Source: Malacoraja senta (Eukaryota). From it: a DNA stretch of 64,000 nucleotides. Every line of letters starts with the position of its first letter. Within the stretch, counting starts at the first letter, position 1. Shown piece by piece: positions 1 to 11,113 of the stretch. Below the pieces are notes generated by a model. That model made no database searches, was not told the DNA's origin, and saw only the letters and a program-made list of their open reading frames with translations. The stretch is from positions 11,100,001-11,164,000 of the forward strand of contig CM075988.1 of the NCBI GenBank assembly GCA_038087875.1, in the 5' to 3' direction. Position numbers and translations under genes: made by a program.

Positions 1-47
1 CTTTTGAAATGAAGGTTGGCAGTCGGGTTTGCTCGATTTGAGGTCGA

Positions 48-574
48 CGGGAGGTCATGTTGCAGTTGTATAAGACGTTGGTGAGACCGCATTTGGAATA
101 CTGTGTTCAGTTCTGGGCACCATGTTATAGGAAAGATATTGTCAAGCTTGAAAGGGTTCAGAAAAGATTTACGAGGATGTTGCCAGGAGGGTGTGAGCTA
201 CAGGGAGAGGTTGAGTAGACTGGGTCTCTATTCCATGGCGTGCAGGAGAATGAGGGGAGATCTTATAGAGATGTACAAAATCATGAGAGGAATAGGACAA
301 AGGTTCCAGGTGTAGGGGAAAAGATTTAATAGGAATCCGAGGGTAACCTTTTCACATAAAGGGTGGTGGGTGTATGGAACAAGCTGCCAGAGGAGGTAGT
401 TGAGGCTGGGACTATCCCATCATTTAAGAAACAGTTAGATGGGTACATGGATAGGACAGGTTTGGAGGGATATGGACCAAGCGCAGGCAGGTGGGATGAG
501 TGTAGCTGGGACATTGTTGGCCGGTGTGGGCGAGTTGTACCGAAGAGCCTGTTTCCATCACTCTATGACTCTAT
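48..574 (+). mobile_element. CR1 LINE 3' fragment (RT C-terminus and 3' UTR)
   Basis: Translates as [44 protein letters not shown], then VVGVWNKLPEEVVEAGT, typical of the CR1 ORF2 C-terminus. Ends in a CTCTATGACTCTAT microsatellite tail. Confidence 0.92.
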
Positions 575-2175
575 AGCTGGGAGGAAAAAAATATTATGTT
601 TATCCAGCGTCAGCCATTTGCACAACTCCCCGAGGTTTAATGGTGAGCCTGGGGGCAGAGTGAGAGGTCAGAAATGCATGATTTGAAGTGCAGCATATTG
701 CAGAATTGCACAAGCAATGTTCAGAATGAGCCACTATGCACACTGCAGTCATCTGCAATTTTTTTTCTCCACATAACCATGCGCTAGCTGTCTGCATGGG
801 CCCGTTTATTAATTTTCTTCACATTTTTGTTGCTTTTTACAGCAGAATATTTTTTTCAATATAACCTGTAGTTTGTCCTCCATCTGTTTAAAAATTCATT
901 CAGCACCATTTCAGAAGTAACATATTTGGAAATGATATTTTGCTGAGTTTTGTTTCATCAATTCCACCTTGAATGCATTTTAATTCAGTTTACCAAGCTC
1001 TCGGTGATAATGCTCTCAGTTTAATGGTACCTGATCATTTGTTAAAAAGCCGAGAGCTTAATTACCAAAAGCCCTTAATTGGCAGAAAAGTACACTATGT
1101 GCAACATAACTGGTGCAGTGCATCCCTCGATCTCGCCACTTACACTAGGGCTGCATTGTATCTTCATTGCAACAGAAATGGACTTGTGAAAGGAAATAGC
1201 AACAAGCTTCAAGAACCTCCTCTGAAACGTGTGAAATAAATGATTATCCAGCTGTCCGACCTGGCGACCACGAACAATAAGTACATAAATAATGTGTACA
1301 TTGAGATTAAACCAAGCTTCAGAGGAGACATCAGGAACTGCATGATACATGGACATTTATTTTTTAATTACATTCAGCATTCGTGCTGCCTGCTTCGGGA
1401 GCTTCTGCAATGCAGCTGGCACAACCAAGCCCAGGGTCCGAATATTTTGTATTCCAGGCAGACACTGCTCTGCATACTGTGCCAGCACAGATTTGGAATA
1501 TTAACAGTGACAGTCAGTTCAAAAAGAACAGTGAAAGGCTATTTGCTCCAATTCCCAAGGCATCTTAATTCATTGTACTGTACCAGTTTAATGCAGAGTC
1601 TGTTTAAATCTATTGAGCTCATCATAACTGTTCTCACACAGCACAATTAATCTGCTATTTCTCCAGGAAACTGCATATTAATTGTGTTAAATTCCACAAT
1701 CATGTATTGCCTTTAATTCCATGATTTTAATTCATATTATGCAGTCTCAGCTTTTCATGCCTTGACTCTAGTTGGATTTACAGTGATCTAATCTTCAGCT
1801 GTGTTTAAATTGACTTTCAGCAAAGAAACTGGACTATTTGCACCCACAGGCAACGTTCACATTAATATGATTTCTGAGAATTTTGATGTAATCTAGGATA
1901 ACTGTGGAAGATATGTGCTGTTCATTTTTGAGAAGTTTATATCATTGTATATAGACAGTGTACCTGCCTACATTATTTGATAAATATTGACTTTTGTGTT
2001 AAAAAAAAAAGCTTGTCTTACCCATTTCAAACTATTTATTTGGTCATTTTTAGACAATATATTGCCTTTGATCTGAGAACCCAGGACAAGTGCTGGAAAG
2101 ATTGCAAACATATATGACCATGAAATGACATTGCATATTGTGCCCATGCTTTTTATCGATGGTACTCCTGATTTT

Positions 2176-2993
2176 TAAGTTCATAAGTCTGAGCAGAAGT
2201 AGGCCATTTGGCAGATCGAGCCTACTCCGCCATTCAATCACAGCTGATCTACCTTTCCCTCTCAACCCCATTCTCCGACCTTCTCCCATTACCCTTGACA
2301 CCCTTACTGATCAAGAATCTGTCAATCTCTGCCTTAAAATACCCAATGACGGTCTCCAAGCCATCTGTGGCAATGAACTCTCCAGATTTCCTAATCTCTG
2401 ACAAAATAAATTCCTCCTCATCTGTTTTCTAAAGGTATGTCCTTTTATTCTGAGGCTATGCCCTCTGGTTCCAGACACTCCCACTAGAAACATCCCCTCC
2501 ACATCTATCCTATCCAAGCCATTCACTATTCGGTTAGTTTCAGTGAGGTCCATCTAAACTCAAGAGAGTACAGGCCCAGTGCCGCCAAATGCTCATCATA
2601 CATTATAATAATAATAATAATGGATTGGATTTATATAGCGCCTTTCTAATACTCAAGGCGCTTTACATCGCATTATTCATTCACTCCTCAGTCACACTCG
2701 GTGGTGGTAAGCTACTTCTGTAGCCACAGCTGCCCTGGGGCAGACTGACGGAAGCGTGGCTGCTAATTTGCGCCTACGGCCCCTCCGACCACCACCAATC
2801 ACTCACACACATTCACACACATTCACACACATTCACACACAGGCAAAGGTGGGTGAAGTGTCTTGCCCAAGGACACAACGACAGTATGCACTCCAAGCGG
2901 GATTCGAACCGGCTATCTTCCGGTTGCCAGCCGAACACTTAGCCCATTGCGCCATCTGTCGTCCTGGGATTATTCTCGTAAACCTCCTCTGGA
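2176..2993 (-). mobile_element. Degraded CR1 3' fragment interrupted by a SINE at 2605-2964
   Basis: Minus-strand ORF remnants (GLDRIDVEGMF, TRGHSLRIKG) and a CR1 3' UTR. The host resumes as TGGGATTATTCTCGTAAACCTCCTCTGG after the SINE. Confidence 0.8.
2605..2964 (-). mobile_element. tRNA-derived CORE-SINE with L2-type tail, AFC-like (copy 1)
   Basis: Minus strand has A box TGGCGCAATGG, B box GGTTCGAATCCC, CORE-like GTGTCCTTGGGCAAGACACTT, a (TGTGAATGTG)n stretch, 3' stem-loop AGCGCCTT..AAGGCGCT and an (ATT)n tail. Near-identical to 25123-25468. Confidence 0.88.
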
Positions 2994-3002
2994 GTTAGAT
3001 AG

Positions 3003-3372
3003 CTCAGCATTTCAACTCCCCCTCCCATTCCGAATCCGAAATCCGACCTTTCTGTCCTGGGCCTCCTCCATGGCCAGAGTGAGGCCCACCGTAATTTGGA
3101 GGAGCAGCACTTCATATTTCGCTTGGGTAGTTTACACCCCAGTGGTATGAACATTGACTTCTCCAATTTCAGGTAGTCCCTGCTTTCTCCCTCTTTCCCT
3201 TCCCCTTCCCAGCTCTCCCACAGCCCACTGTCTCCGCCTCTTCCTTTCTTCTTCCCATCCCCCCCCACCCCCACATCAGTCTGAAGAAGGGTCTCGACTC
3301 GAAACGTCGCCTATTTTCTTCGCTTCATCGAAGCTGCTTCACCCGCTGAGTTTCTCCAGCATTTTTGTCTAC
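3003..3372 (+). mobile_element. Penelope-like element 3' fragment (GIY-YIG C-terminus plus terminal repeat)
   Basis: Encodes QHFNSP...DLSVLGLLHGQSEAHRNLEEQHFIFRLGSLHPSGMNIDFSNFR* (small indel). Flanked by the direct repeat CTGGAGTTA(G/A)ATAG at 2989-3002 and 3373-3386. Confidence 0.88.
3281..3308 (+). ncRNA. Minimal hammerhead-ribozyme-like core of a PLE
   Basis: CTGAAGA, stem II GGGTC-TC-GACTC, then GAAACGTC (palindromic ACGT stem III, GUC triplet). Stem I pairing is weak. Confidence 0.6.
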
Positions 3373-3513
3373 CTGGAGTTAAATAGTGTGCTTCTGGATA
3401 TTGATCCAATGATAATAAAAAAATAGTAACTTACATCCATGTCATGGTCGCACACAATTCAAAGGGACTCTTAAAATAGGTGTTATTTATCATGGATTGA
3501 TGTTTTCCATTAT

Positions 3514-3935
3514 GTTTAGCTTCATTATTGTCACGTGAACTGAGGCACAGTGAAAAACCTTGTTTTGCATGCTATGCAATCAGATCAGATAATACTTTAC
3601 ATAAATACAATCAAGTCAAACTCAAGTACACAGATAGGGCAAAATGCAAGATAAAGTGTGCAGAAGGTTCTCAGCATTGTAGCGCATCAATTCCATACAC
3701 ATTGTCCAATGTCCGCAATGCGAGAGATGAATCGGCCAGTAGCATTAGCTCAGTCTGTTGAAAGAGGGCAGAAGCTGTTCCTGAATCTGACGTTGCACAC
3801 TTTCAAGCTTCTGTACCTTGAGCTGAATGGGAGCAGGGAGAAGAAGAAAAGACTACGATTGGACAAGTCTTTGATTAAGTACGTGTGCCTTTTTTTTCCC
3901 CATTTCTGACGCCGTTCACTGGTGAGATACATGTG
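3514..3935 (-). mobile_element. Rex1/Babar-type LINE 3' fragment
   Basis: Minus-strand LLPFSSRYRSLKVCNVRFRNSFCP and a Rex-type tail (TTTTCACTGTGCCTCAGTTCACGTGACAATAA). Confidence 0.75.
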
Positions 3936-4141
3936 TAGGATATTTGATTTCCTGTTTTTTCTTGTGTCCAGCATACCCAACATACACGCCAAACCTTGCA
4001 TTTTATTTTTTGGCAAGATTATTTGGAGGGGGAAGAGGGCGTAGTGAGATGTGCCCCACTTTACCCTTTACTCATTCCTTTGTTTGACAGGATGCTGCTG
4101 AAGCATCCTTTAAAATGTTTGTGAGATGCAACCTGTGAATG

Positions 4142-4360
4142 GTTTAGTTTAGAGATACTGCGTGGAAACAGGCCCTTCGGCCCAACAAATCCAGGGCGAC
4201 CAGCGATCCCCGTACACTAACACTACCTTACACACACTAGGGACTGTTTACAATTATGCCAAGCCAATTAACCTACAATCCTGTACACCTTTGGAGTGCG
4301 GGAGGAAACCGCAGATCCCAGAGACAACTACATAGCTCACGGGGAGAACGTACATTCTCT
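4142..4360 (-). mobile_element. HE1-type V-SINE, 3' part
   Basis: Carries the V-domain GGTTTCCTCCC and CR1-derived tail GGGCCGAAGGGCCTGTTTCC..(TAAAC)n shared with the other copies. Confidence 0.85.
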
Positions 4361-4933
4361 GTAAACTGGTTGCCTCTAGGTCAAGAATACATTGGAGATT
4401 ATTGTGCATAGAATCAACATCATCTGTTACGCCAGGTCCTAAATCTAGGCTGATGTTGGGTTCCTTGAGTAGTGAATATTCTATTGGGCTGGTGATTTGA
4501 ACTTTACATAAAGTTGGGATGCTTTGAGGCTTCCCAAGGGAAGAGCAAGCTTTATAAAGCACCCAGCTAATAATGTCCAGTGAATCTGCTTGCAAAATGT
4601 AACCACCTCAGTGTTGATAGTGAGGACTATGGCAATGGTGGTGCCATTAAAGATCAAGGGAATGGTTTCTCCTGCCTGAGGTGGGGCCAGTCAAGATAGT
4701 CGAGAGTGTTTTATTGTCAGACATTTAAACACTGAAAAATATTATTTTCTACTAACATAATCCTCAACTCCTCTTTCACAACTAGATCATGCTCAACACT
4801 GATATACGCTGATGAACTTTCAGACAACTGAAGAAGGCAAGTTAATGCTGCAGAGTTGTTATCAAATAGTCCTATTCATGCATTTATGCTTGGCTTTTAT
4901 TGAACTAGGCTGAAGATAGGCAAACATATCCTG

Positions 4934-5074
4934 AATAGACACAAAATGCAGGAGTAACTCAGCGAGACAGGCAGCATCTCTGGAGAGAAGGAATGGGTGA
5001 CATTACCCACCGCTGAGTTACTCTAGCATTGTGTGTCTTCCCTCAATGTAAACCAGCATCTGCAGTTCTTTCCT
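4934..5074. mobile_element. Short PLE-derived fold-back unit with 12-bp TSD
   Basis: Inverted AGACACAA..GAGTAACTCAGCG arms. TSD AAACATATCCTG at 4922-4933 and 5075-5086. Confidence 0.8.
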
Positions 5075-6470
5075 AAACATATCCTGGATCTGCGCTGACC
5101 TCACTTTATCATCTTTCTTACATCAGTCATTGCTGTGTTTTGTTTGGTATTCCTCATCCAGCTCTCATCTCAGCATCCACCTGATTAAAATATGTGAAAG
5201 GTTCCACAAAAAGAAACTTTTCTACTTGTCTTCTGGCTCCTTCTGATTTCTGTGGCTGTCTTCGTGCCTTAAATCATGTAAGTACTTTCCCAGCCGGTTG
5301 GATAACACTGGCTCCCAGCAGAACAAACCCCGCCTTTGATTCCCTGAGTCCCTGCCACTTATTCTCTCCCACTTAGTCACCAATGCCTCTTTGATTCTTT
5401 TGCCACTTACCGAGATTATGGTTAATTTATGGTAGCCATTCAACAGCACTTCATGGGAGATGGTGGATGGAATCCAGAGCACCCAGCAGAAACCCTCATA
5501 GTCACAGAGAGGAGATACAAACTCCACATAGATGGAAACTATAGTCACCCATATTTAATCATGCAATTCGTCTTGAATTACAATGACAATTTTTAATGAT
5601 TCTGTTCTGCAGTCGGCTGAGTCCAAACAGTTCTATAGCTGACAGTTCTGGTTATATTTATCTTTGTGATCCATTTTTAAAGACGTTTTGATGCACCACT
5701 GCTTTGATGGGTTTTGTTTGCATCTCAATGTATATTGTGCAGTGCACTTGGATAACCCTACAAAGCTTTGGAAGGTGGTTAACATTTCATGAAGATTTTG
5801 TAATTTTGAATTATTCAAGTTGAGATTTTGCTGATGATTTGGAGATACAGATTTACAACCCCCCAATAGGTTATGTTCCAAGGGACGGTTAGTTGTCATC
5901 TGTGACCATTGATCAAAATCATTGACCAAAACTGAACACGATACTCTAAATGTGGCCTCACCAACATCTAATATAACTCTACCATGACCTCCTAATTTCT
6001 ATACTCAATACTCTGACTGATGAAGGCCAATGTGCCAAAAGCCTTCCTGACCACCCTCTGCACATGGCACTGGTTTCAAAGAACTATGCACCTGCACTCA
6101 TAGATCCCTCTGCTCCACAACACTCCCCAGAGCCCAGCAATCACTGGGTAGGTCTTGGCCATGTTAGACTTCCCAAAATGCAACACCTCACATTTCTTTG
6201 TATTAAATTCCATCAACCATTCCTCAGCCCACCTGCCCAACCGATCAAGATCCTGCTGTAATCTCGGACAACCATCTTCACTATCTATAACATCACCCAC
6301 GTTAGTGTCATCTGCATGCTTGCTAATCATGCCATGTACATTCTCTTCCAAAGCAATACTATAAATTACAAAGAGCATTGGGCCCTGCACCGAAGCTTGA
6401 GGCACACCACTCGTCACAAGCCTCCAGTCTGAAAAACATTCTTCCACCACCAGGTGCAGGAAGGAACTGC

Positions 6471-6910
6471 GGAAGGTACACAAAAATGCTGGAGAAACTC
6501 AGCGGGTGCAGCAGCATCTATGGAGCGAAGGAAATAGGCAACATTTCGGGCCGAAACCCTTCTTCAGACTGATAGGGGGTGGGGAGAAGAAAGGAAAAAA
6601 AGGGAAAAGGGCAGAGGAGGAGCCCGAGGACAGGGGGATGGGAGGAGACAACCAGAGGGCTGATGAAGGGGAGGGGACAGCAAGAGCTGCCTCTGGTTGT
6701 CTCCCCCCATCCCCCAGCCCTCGGGCTCCTCCTCCGCCTTTTTCCCTTTTTTCCTTTCTTCTCCTCCACCCCCTATCAGTCTGAAGAAGGGTTTCGGCCC
6801 GAAACGTTGCCTATTTCCTTCGCTCCATAGATGCTGCTGCACCTGCTGAGTTTCTCCAGCATTTTTGTGTACCTTCAATTTTCCAGCATCTGCAGTTCCT
6901 TCTTTAACAC
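6471..6910. mobile_element. Young PLE-derived palindromic insertion (~185-bp inverted arms)
   Basis: Arms at 6472-6658 and 6690-6876 are near-perfect reverse complements. TSD AAGGAACTGC at 6461-6470 and 6911-6920. Confidence 0.88.
6781..6808 (+). ncRNA. Minimal hammerhead-ribozyme-like core (mirror copy on the minus strand in the left arm)
   Basis: CTGAAGA-A-GGGT(TTCG)GCCC-GAAACGTT. Stem II is capped by a UUCG loop. Confidence 0.55.
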
Positions 6911-7204
6911 AAGGAACTGCAGATGCTGGTTTAAAACAAAGATAGACACAAATTGCTGGAGTAACTCAGAAGGTCAGTCAGCATCTCTGGAGAAAAGGAA
7001 AGGGTGACGTTTTGTGTCGAGACCCTTCTTCAGACCCTTTTCTGTCTGACCTGCTGAGTTGCTCCAGCATTTTGCATCTATCTTCCACCATCTGCTTCCT
7101 TCCCTGAAGCCAGTTTTCTATCCATTCAGCTATCTCCTTGGATCCCATATGAGCCAACCTCCCAGAGCAGCCTACCATGAGGAACTTTGTTGGAACTGGG
7201 CACA

Positions 7205-7350
7205 CCAATTTCCTCCCACATCCCAAAGACATGTAGGTTTGTAGGTTAATTGGCTTCTGTAAATTGTCCTTGTTGTGTAGGTTAGAACTAGTGTATGGCT
7301 GACTGCTAGTCGGCGCGGATTCGATGGGCTGAGGGGCCTGTTTACATGCA
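7205..7350 (+). mobile_element. HE1-type V-SINE, 3' half
   Basis: TTTCCTCCCACATCCCAAAGAC...GGGCTGAGGGGCCTGTTT..CTAAACTAAACTAA. Confidence 0.8.
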
Positions 7351-8524
7351 GTATTTCTAAACTAAACTAATTATATGTGGATATAAAAGGAATATATTTC
7401 TTATTTAACTAAGAAAATCTCGTAGCTCACTTGAACTGGCAATGTCAATGAATTATGAAGGTCTTTCTCCCACAAGTAAAAAACCCCACAGGCATCGATA
7501 TATTGTTGTGCATTTTTTTTACTCACAACTATTCACATGCCCAGGAGATGTATGATCCTGTAAACTTGTGCAAATGACAGTGCTGCAATTGAAGCAATGA
7601 CTTATCACCTTCTCACAACCATTAGCACTGTGTAATTGTAAAGCAAGAAACAAGTGCTCCAGCATTCATTTCCATTAATTACATTCCGGTTGCAGGCAAA
7701 ATAACAGTTTGAGCTCTAAAAGGAGATGGAAAAAGCCTGCAATCTTTAAATGCCTGCTGACAAATCTAAAATATATTGTGCACCTCGCTTAAAAGTTACT
7801 AATTGCCGGTACAATACCGTACACCTCCATGAGTTTCAGACCCAAAAGCTGTAGTTAAATCTAAGTAGGCACACTTGGACATCAGAATAATTACTGCTGG
7901 ATATATTTATGAAACAGGACGACTGATATGATAATTTGGAATAGCATGAGCCATTAATTTTATGTCTGCTATTCCTGGTATGATATTTATCCACTGCCGA
8001 GCCACAGGAAACCTGATAGCAGTTTGAAGAAACCATTTGTGCCTTCCACCCCCACATTTTGTGTTCAATGTAGTCATGAAATAAATAATTACACATCCTG
8101 TGTGATTCAACTCCACCGCTGAGATTTTGTTTTTCAATTTCCTGTCACCTGCATGACGATTTGATTTTTAATTGCTCGTCCAATGAGATGATGTCCCTTA
8201 AAGTAGTTATTCTGTATATTGTGATCATTATGTCAAATGGCAATGCAGTGTATGGGTTGCAATTATGGCCGATGCAACATAACTGACTTCCGGGGGAAAG
8301 CCGAAGGCTTCATTCAGATGCGCCCAGTGTGGGCTACAACCTTGAAATTGCATGGTTCCTAAATTGCACAAGAATGTAAGAAACAATGAGAATTATATTG
8401 CTATACGCTGCTGTCTGATGCAGCTCAGCTTCTTTGCCTGCTCTGGTGTGGGGAAGAAACAGTTGTCCTCCCATTAAACAAAATCTTAACAAAATCTCTA
8501 CACCACAACTTTCCGATTGTTATC

Positions 8525-8948
8525 GAGCGTGGAACAGTGCATCGCAGGTTCAGCCCACACCGTGTCTGTGCCATAAATGATGCACCAATAAACTGATCTC
8601 CTGTGCCTTCACATGGCCCACATCCATCCATCCATTGCCTGCCCTGCCCTGCCCTGCCCTGCCCTGCCCTGCCCTGCATATCCGCATGCCTATCCAAAAG
8701 CCTCGTAAACGCCACGCGTTTTTGCCTCCACCATCACAGCTGGTCGTGTGTTCCAAGCATCCACTACCCTCTGTGTAAAAGAAAAAAGAAATTCAAGCCA
8801 CACATAGAGTTGCAGATACAGTCTTACAGCGTGGAAACAGGCCCTTTGGCCCAACATGCCCAGACTGACCAACATGTCCCCTCTACTCTAGTCCCACCTG
8901 GTTGCATTTGGCCCATATCCAATCTAAACCTGTGCTATCCATGTATCT
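8525..8948 (-). mobile_element. Two CR1 3'-end fragments; the first contains an expanded (GCCCT)7 microsatellite at 8641-8675
   Basis: Minus-strand FTQRVVDAWN motif and CR1 3' UTR motifs (GGGCCAAAGGGCCTGTTTCC). Confidence 0.75.
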
Positions 8949-9645
8949 CGTTAAAATTTCGAGCCGTTTACTTCAAAGCAAATTTTTTTACTTTACACCC
9001 GAGGGGACAAATTTCTGGCTGACTATCTTTGGTATTTCAGAGTCCAAAAGTAAATAAAGCATCCTGCACTAAATATCTTCCCCTGGTACATAAACTACGA
9101 TGTGTTAAGCATTGAATCGTGTTCATCCTTGGACTTAAGTGTCAGGGGAAGAATTTGAAGCTTCAGCCAATAACAAATTGTTTGTTGGGAGACTATTATA
9201 TTGCACTTAGTGTATGTCATTAAAATTATTGATGATTTAAATCGTGATGCCTGAAGTCTGTTAGATTTTTCATTTTCTGACTAGCATCTGTCCAATCCAG
9301 AATTGTTATTTAATTTCCTCAGGGAATGTTCTGCTCAATTCCACTCTTGCAAAAGCAATGCCTCAAGTTCTAAGATATGGTTTTGAAGGTTGCAAGACTG
9401 AAATAGTAAAATTAAAACTGCAAACCAGGAAATGCAATCATTTAACAGTTTGATTTTCAGATGCACCGTGTTTGTTTTCCAAGAAATAAACAGAGTTTGA
9501 ATTTCACTGAACTTTAACTGGTATGTGACAATAAACTGACCTTGAAACCTTGAGTAATGGGCACTTCTGAAGTGTTTCATATCACTGTGGAAACTGATCT
9601 GTTTGCTTCCTGGTGTGAGTTGGTCTCAGACGTAGGATCACATTA

Positions 9646-9893
9646 GGGGTGGCATGGTAGCGCAGCAGTAGAGTTGCTGCCTTACAGCGCCATAGACCCG
9701 GCTTCGATCCTGGCTACGGGTGCTATCTGTATGGAGTTTGTGCGTTCTCCCTATGACCGCGTGGGTTTTCACCGGGTGCTCCGGTTTCCTCTCACACTCC
9801 AAAGACGTACAGGTTTGTAGGTTAATTGCCTTCAGTAACCATTGTAAATGATCCCTAGTCTCGAGAATAGTGCTAGTTTACGGGGATCATTGA
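9646..9893 (+). mobile_element. HE1-type V-SINE lacking its normal CR1 tail
   Basis: tRNA-like head GGCATGGTAGCGCAGCAGTAGAG...TTCGATCC and V-domain GGTGCTCCGGTTTCCTCTCACACTCCAAAGAC. Confidence 0.85.
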
Positions 9894-10839
9894 TTGACAC
9901 GTGGAGGGGACATGGCAGGGAGAGGTCAGGGGAAGGGTGGGCTTGCTGCCACATGCAGCGGCAGATCATAGATAGGACAGTTCAATGAACTTTTATAACT
10001 TTGTTGGCACCAGAAACGTGGCGACTCTTGTGTACTGCCTAGGTGAGGTCTGCTGTATGATTTTTCCAGGTTGTATGCGAAACAAAGCATTTCACACTGT
10101 ACCTAGGTACATGTGACAATAGAGTATAATTGAATCACTTCTCACAGCCTCACGTCAAAACGTGTGGACTCCCCTAGATCCACGATGTTATGCCCAACTT
10201 ACCTGAACTCTGAAGTCCCCAATAGAACCACAATTCTGCATCCCGACTCTGTGGCACAACTTATCTTTAGCCCCCTACATACAGCACTTCAGGCCCCAGT
10301 TGGGTGTATTGGACTGAAATGTTTCTGTTGTGCTGGAAGCAACTCGAGCAGTTTCATACATATGCCCCAGAGGAATAAAAAAGGCTGGATTGTGCTTGTG
10401 GCTTGCTTGAAGCTATACTGTAAATATTTTAATATTCCTGGAAATCAGTCCACACGTCTGATATTGCGATAGTACAGTAAACCTTTAAAATTGCCACAGC
10501 TTTGCCCTGCATTGAGCGACAGGCGTGGACAGTAAGACTCATCTGCAAAATGAATAAGGCTGTTCTTAAATTCTTATCGGTTGCAAAATAATTTGAATGA
10601 AAAGATGAGCAGTATTACGAAAAGAGATTTTGGTTAACAGTCGTGCAATGTTTACAATATCTCAAAGCAGAAATGACAGGACAGTGGTCGAAATTAGACT
10701 GAGTACTGATTTATGCAGTGCATTGTAATTGTTTTTTTAATCCGTAGTTCTCCCCTTGTTGGTCTTCCAACAACCTCTCAATTCGGGGCAAATATCTGCA
10801 GGTTCTGTTGATGATAATTTCACAATGAAATAAATAGGT

Positions 10840-11113
10840 AGTGGTGGCAAAGCTGCATTACAATGCCAGACACCTGGGTTCGATCCTGACCACGTGTGCT
10901 GTCTGTGGAGTTTTGATCTTTTTTCCCCGTGAACATGTGTGTTTTCTCCAGGTGCTCCGCTTTCCCCCTCCATTCCAAAGACCGACAGGATTGTCGGTTA
11001 ATCGGCTTCTGTAAATTGTCCCCAGTGTGTAGGATCGAACTAGTGTTCAGGTGGTCATTGGTCGGCATGGACACAGTGGGCCGAAGGGCCTGTTTCCACT
11101 CTGTATCGCTAAA
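10840..11113 (+). mobile_element. HE1-type V-SINE
   Basis: B box GGTTCGATCC, V-domain and GGGCCGAAGGGCCTGTTTCC tail. Confidence 0.82.

Larger units (their letters stand above)
5925..7190 (-). mobile_element. CR1 RT fragment, interrupted by nested PLE units at 6450-7080
   Basis: ORF 6076-6483 contains FSDWRLVTSGVPQASVQGPMLFVIY...ISKHADDT...LQQDLDRLGRWAEEWLMEFN. ORF 6978-7232 has IAEWIENWL. TSD TCTTCCACCA at 6440-6449 and 7081-7090 brackets the insert. Confidence 0.85.

Noticed and set aside
6660..6667. CTGATGA in the loop of the large palindrome as an extra hammerhead or C/D box
   Set aside because: There is no stem II or GAAA downstream. It is most likely a chance variant in purine-rich PLE sequence.
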